Shown here piece after piece: positions 60,975 through 64,000 of a stretch of DNA of 64,000 nucleotides (position 1 is the stretch's first letter; every line of letters begins with the position of its first letter). Below the pieces are notes generated by a model. It saw only the letters and a program-made list of their open reading frames with translations. It ran no database searches and was not told the DNA's origin. The position numbers and the translations under genes are program-made. The DNA comes from Desulfurococcaceae archaeon. Lineage in GTDB: Archaea; Thermoproteota; Thermoprotei_A; Sulfolobales; Desulfurococcaceae. The stretch spans positions 32,001-96,000 of the forward strand of contig JAWBAI010000003.1 in NCBI GenBank assembly GCA_038816475.1, in the 5' to 3' direction.

Positions 60975-61679
60975 GTACACCTTTCTTAGAAGTGGTCTAC
61001 TCTTAAACAGCCTTTCCAGAGCTTCCTCGAAGTTTTCATTGGGTGCTAGTGGAAGCTTAGCGTAAACACCCGTTCGACCAACCTCGTCTCTCCTGGTGAG
61101 AACCTTCACTCTCTCTCTAACAATGTCTACACTAACACCTAGCACTTTAGCCACGTAATCCTCGTAGCCTATCACAGGGAACTCTATGTGACCTGTTGAA
61201 GTAGGGATTATTAGAAGCAGGTTTTTGTTTACACCGGGAACACGCTTGTCTTTCAGAAGTTCTTCGTAAGTTATATAGCCGCCGAACTTGTAAAACTCCA
61301 GCTCAAGAGGTTTGAAGTCGACTATTGGAAAATTCACAGAGACTCTCTCTTCTTCGTCGAGAACTATGTATGCTTTAGCAGTAGCTGTAGGTGTAGCTAC
61401 AACAAGGTATCTTGCATACGGTTTAAAGCCCGCTTTCTCCAGTAGGTACTCAACTAGGTATCCCGAGGTTCTCTTTGGTATAACCACATCTACATCGCTT
61501 TTTCTCTGAACATCTCCTCTAGCAACACTACCATGAAGCCATACTTCAATTCCATGTTGCACAAAGACCTCCATTACTTTCCTCGCGCAGGATCTCAGCT
61601 CTCTTAGTAGACTCCAGTGTTCTGCTGTGTACACAACCTCCCTATACTCTGGTGTAGGTTTTACTCTCGTTCTCGCCAA
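60960..61679 (-). CDS. Pol-beta superfamily nucleotidyltransferase
   Basis: HGSVARGD...SDVD, EFYKFGG, RVPGVNK, RRDEVGRTG. Confidence 0.85.
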   Translation of the reverse strand: MARTRVKPTPEYREVVYTAEHWSLLRELRSCARKVMEVFVQHGIEVWLHGSVARGDVQRKSDVDVVIPKRTSGYLVEYLLEKAGFKPYARYLVVATPTATAKAYIVLDEEERVSVNFPIVDFKPLELEFYKFGGYITYEELLKDKRVPGVNKNLLLIIPTSTGHIEFPVIGYEDYVAKVLGVSVDIVRERVKVLTRRDEVGRTGVYAKLPLAPNENFEEALERLFKSRPLLRKVYSDLL

Positions 61680-61800
61680 ATCAGTACACCAAGGTCAAGT
61701 AGACCACCGGCTCTACCATGTTCTAAGCTATCAAAGAAGTGGAAATTATGCTTCTGAAATATTAAAACTCGAAAAACATATCGCTGAATGGGAGTTTAAC

Positions 61801-62877
61801 ATGGATACTTCAATTACGCTAGTACTGTTCATCGTTGCTTTATGGGCATCTATAAACCTTCTGTACAGAGCTGGTCTTCTTAGGAGATTCATGCCTAGCG
61901 CAGAAGTGCACTACGGGCTTGTAATGTTGATTAAGAAAAGTAAAAGCTTAAACCCGTCTTCAAAGAACAGAGCAAAGTTGCTTGGAATACTCGGATTACT
62001 GGTCTACGTTGCATCCCTTCTGATATCTGTGCTAACACTGCTAAGCACACTTTTGTATAGAGTACAATCAGGCGAAAGAGGTATAATTGTTCTCATACCT
62101 GGTCTCAACATCACAGGTGAAGACTTACTTTTCTTTCTCATAGGAGTATTCATAGCTGTAGGTCTACATGAGTATATGCACGCTAAAGCAGCGGTTAAAT
62201 CGGGAATTCCGGTAAAATCGTGGGGATTTATACTGGCTGTGATCATTCCAGCGGCCTTTGTTGAAGTGGATGAAGCGGTATTTAGAATATCTTCTAAACT
62301 AGCAAAAGTAGCAGTGCTCTCTGCTGGCATAATGGCGAACTTTGCTTTAATGCTTTTATCCATGTTCATACTGCAGTACGTGGTTAACCCTTATGGGTTA
62401 ACCGTAGTATCCGTTGAACCCGAGAGTCTAGCATCGAGATCAGGGCTGAAACCTTACGATGTTATCTACGAAATTAACGGTATGGAGGCATCAGTGAGTG
62501 TTCTTGAACAGCAATTAAGGAACCAAGAAGCATCAGTAATACACCTGCTTATCTACAGAGATAACGAAGGTTTTAAAGATGTAATTGTGTTCAAAAGTAA
62601 AAACGAAACTAAACTCGGTGTAACTCTGTACTCGTTGGCACCTCGCCGTAGCATAGTTGATCTCGTGAAACCCAGGTTCTTTACCCATTTATTCAAGGCT
62701 CTTCAGTGGAGCTTTGTGATAAACTTTAGCATAATGTTCATAAACACCCTGCCCCTGTTCATAACTGATGGTGGAAGAATAGTAAGTAGCTTACTCGGTG
62801 AGAAAACAGGAAAACTGGTGAACACGGCTGTAACAGCTCTTCTCGTGGTAACGATGCTACTTAGTGCAAGGTTCTAG
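61801..62877 (+). CDS. Site-2 protease (M50) with PDZ domain
   Basis: HEYMH, AAFVE, AGIMAN, PDZ GLKPYDVI, NTLP...DGG; ATG 61801. Confidence 0.9.
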   Translation: MDTSITLVLFIVALWASINLLYRAGLLRRFMPSAEVHYGLVMLIKKSKSLNPSSKNRAKLLGILGLLVYVASLLISVLTLLSTLLYRVQSGERGIIVLIPGLNITGEDLLFFLIGVFIAVGLHEYMHAKAAVKSGIPVKSWGFILAVIIPAAFVEVDEAVFRISSKLAKVAVLSAGIMANFALMLLSMFILQYVVNPYGLTVVSVEPESLASRSGLKPYDVIYEINGMEASVSVLEQQLRNQEASVIHLLIYRDNEGFKDVIVFKSKNETKLGVTLYSLAPRRSIVDLVKPRFFTHLFKALQWSFVINFSIMFINTLPLFITDGGRIVSSLLGEKTGKLVNTAVTALLVVTMLLSARF

Positions 62878-62972
62878 ATCTTGCGCGTGCTTAAAGCTCG
62901 GATTTTCAAGAGAACATTTCCTATTATATGCATTGTTGTTATTGCATGGTACTTGATTTTTAGTGAGTTTAA

Positions 62973-63356
62973 TTACTCAGCTGTATCTATCATCTCCTTG
63001 ACCATGTTTGGATAGAGAATAATGAAATCATTATCAATATTCAATATGTGTTTAGCACCTCTTTTCTTTTCTAAGAGAAAACCATAAGTTATCGCGAAGC
63101 TATTTCCAGGTCCTTACCAAATCTTTTGCTCTCAAATTTATAGACATTTCCTTCGATAATCTTGACCCGAGTTGGGCTCAGCTTCTCGTATGATCCATCA
63201 AAAGACGCATTATCTATTAAGTATTACCCGGCCATCTATGAAATCACCGAGTTTAGCCAATCCTTTTAAAGCACTATATAAGCTAAGCATTGATATAGAT
63301 AAATAATTATTTGAATTAAAGTTCTGTGTAACATTATTTACTTATACCTTACTCAT
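62973..63356 (-). pseudogene. Degraded GT2-family glycosyltransferase pseudogene
   Basis: Manual translation: MSKV*VNNVTQNFNS...RVIL / IDNASFDGSYEKL...KDL / GNSFAITYG...AKHILNIDNDFII; one stop, two frameshifts, truncated. Confidence 0.75.
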
Positions 63357-63498
63357 CTGTATTACGCCTAATTAGATATCTTATCGCAGTAATCATCAAG
63401 ATTATTATTAACTATTAGGTGAATAAGCCTTCTAGTATTCTGTATTGTGGTAAGCTTGCACACGATGTGAATTACGGTGATTTTAACCAATGTTTAAG

Positions 63499-64000
63499 TT
63501 AATCATTAAATTGATCTTTACCTAGTATAATATCTACCTTCTCGAATACTCTTCCTTGTTTTAGTATAACCTTAAGCCATTCAAAGTATATTTGCTCTAT
63601 ATTTAAGTTTCGTAGTTTCAATAATACTTTATCAATATCGTATTTAATTCTGTGCTGTTCATATAGATTGTTTTCTATGTCCAGTACTGCGTAGGATGCC
63701 CTTGGATCCCCATCCCTTGGTTGCCCGCAACTACCTGGATTTAATAACCATATGTTACCTATTCTCATGTTCAATGGTATATGAGTGTGCCCAGTGATAA
63801 CTACATCTGCTTCAACCGGTTTGACTCCAAGTGGTTGTGGAGTTAGTTGTTGTATTAATTCATCATATGATAGATTTGGTTTCAAGTAACCGTAGAGTGG
63901 GCTACGTGGACTACCGTGAACTACATATACGCGCTTCCCAGAGACCTTTAATTCAATTTTATGCGGCAGAGTCTTTAACCATGAAATTTGCTCCCGACTC
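63499..64000 (-). CDS. YfcE/MJ0936-type metallophosphoesterase (5' partial)
   Basis: Frame open to the window end: WLKTLP...VHGSP, GHTH, NPGSCGQPRDGDPRASY. Confidence 0.88.
   Translation of the reverse strand, partial: SREQISWLKTLPHKIELKVSGKRVYVVHGSPRSPLYGYLKPNLSYDELIQQLTPQPLGVKPVEADVVITGHTHIPLNMRIGNIWLLNPGSCGQPRDGDPRASYAVLDIENNLYEQHRIKYDIDKVLLKLRNLNIEQIYFEWLKVILKQGRVFEKVDIILGKDQFND

Noticed and set aside
1-64000. CRISPR arrays, rRNA, IS elements, inteins in RtcB or PolB
   Set aside because: No regularly spaced repeats, rRNA-like tracts or transposases were seen; RtcB and PolB are of normal length.

Overview
Gene-dense archaeal chromosome segment, most likely a hyperthermophilic crenarchaeote of the Desulfurococcaceae type. 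This taxonomy is inferred from PolB3, a structural splicing-endonuclease subunit, two proteasome beta subunits, egsA/IPK/GGPP synthase, C/D sRNAs and GGTG-type RBS with many GTG/TTG starts. Most of the window is core housekeeping: glmS, trpS, cysS, valS, hisS, gdhA, dph5, rtcA, rtcB, aCPSF1, dnaG, polB3, pelota, Lsm-rpl37e. Points of interest are: (1) a ~12 kb, visibly more AT-rich island ending at tRNA-Arg(UCG) that encodes a DUF917 desulfurase-family protein, two hydantoin-racemase homologues, an M29-fold protein with a rewired metal site, a dedicated Dpp-type importer and an M20 amidohydrolase, a candidate undescribed archaeal (thio)hydantoin catabolic pathway; (2) a circularly permuted family-5 substrate-binding protein; (3) two C/D box sRNAs absent from the ORF track, one predicted to guide Cm34 of tRNA-Val(CAC); (4) a degenerate AdoMet-decarboxylase-fold ORF coupled to endB-hisS; (5) a 56-nt gene-conversion-like tract shared by dppD and dppF; (6) a frameshifted GT2 pseudogene at the AT-rich right end. 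All family calls come from motif recognition by eye; no searches were run.
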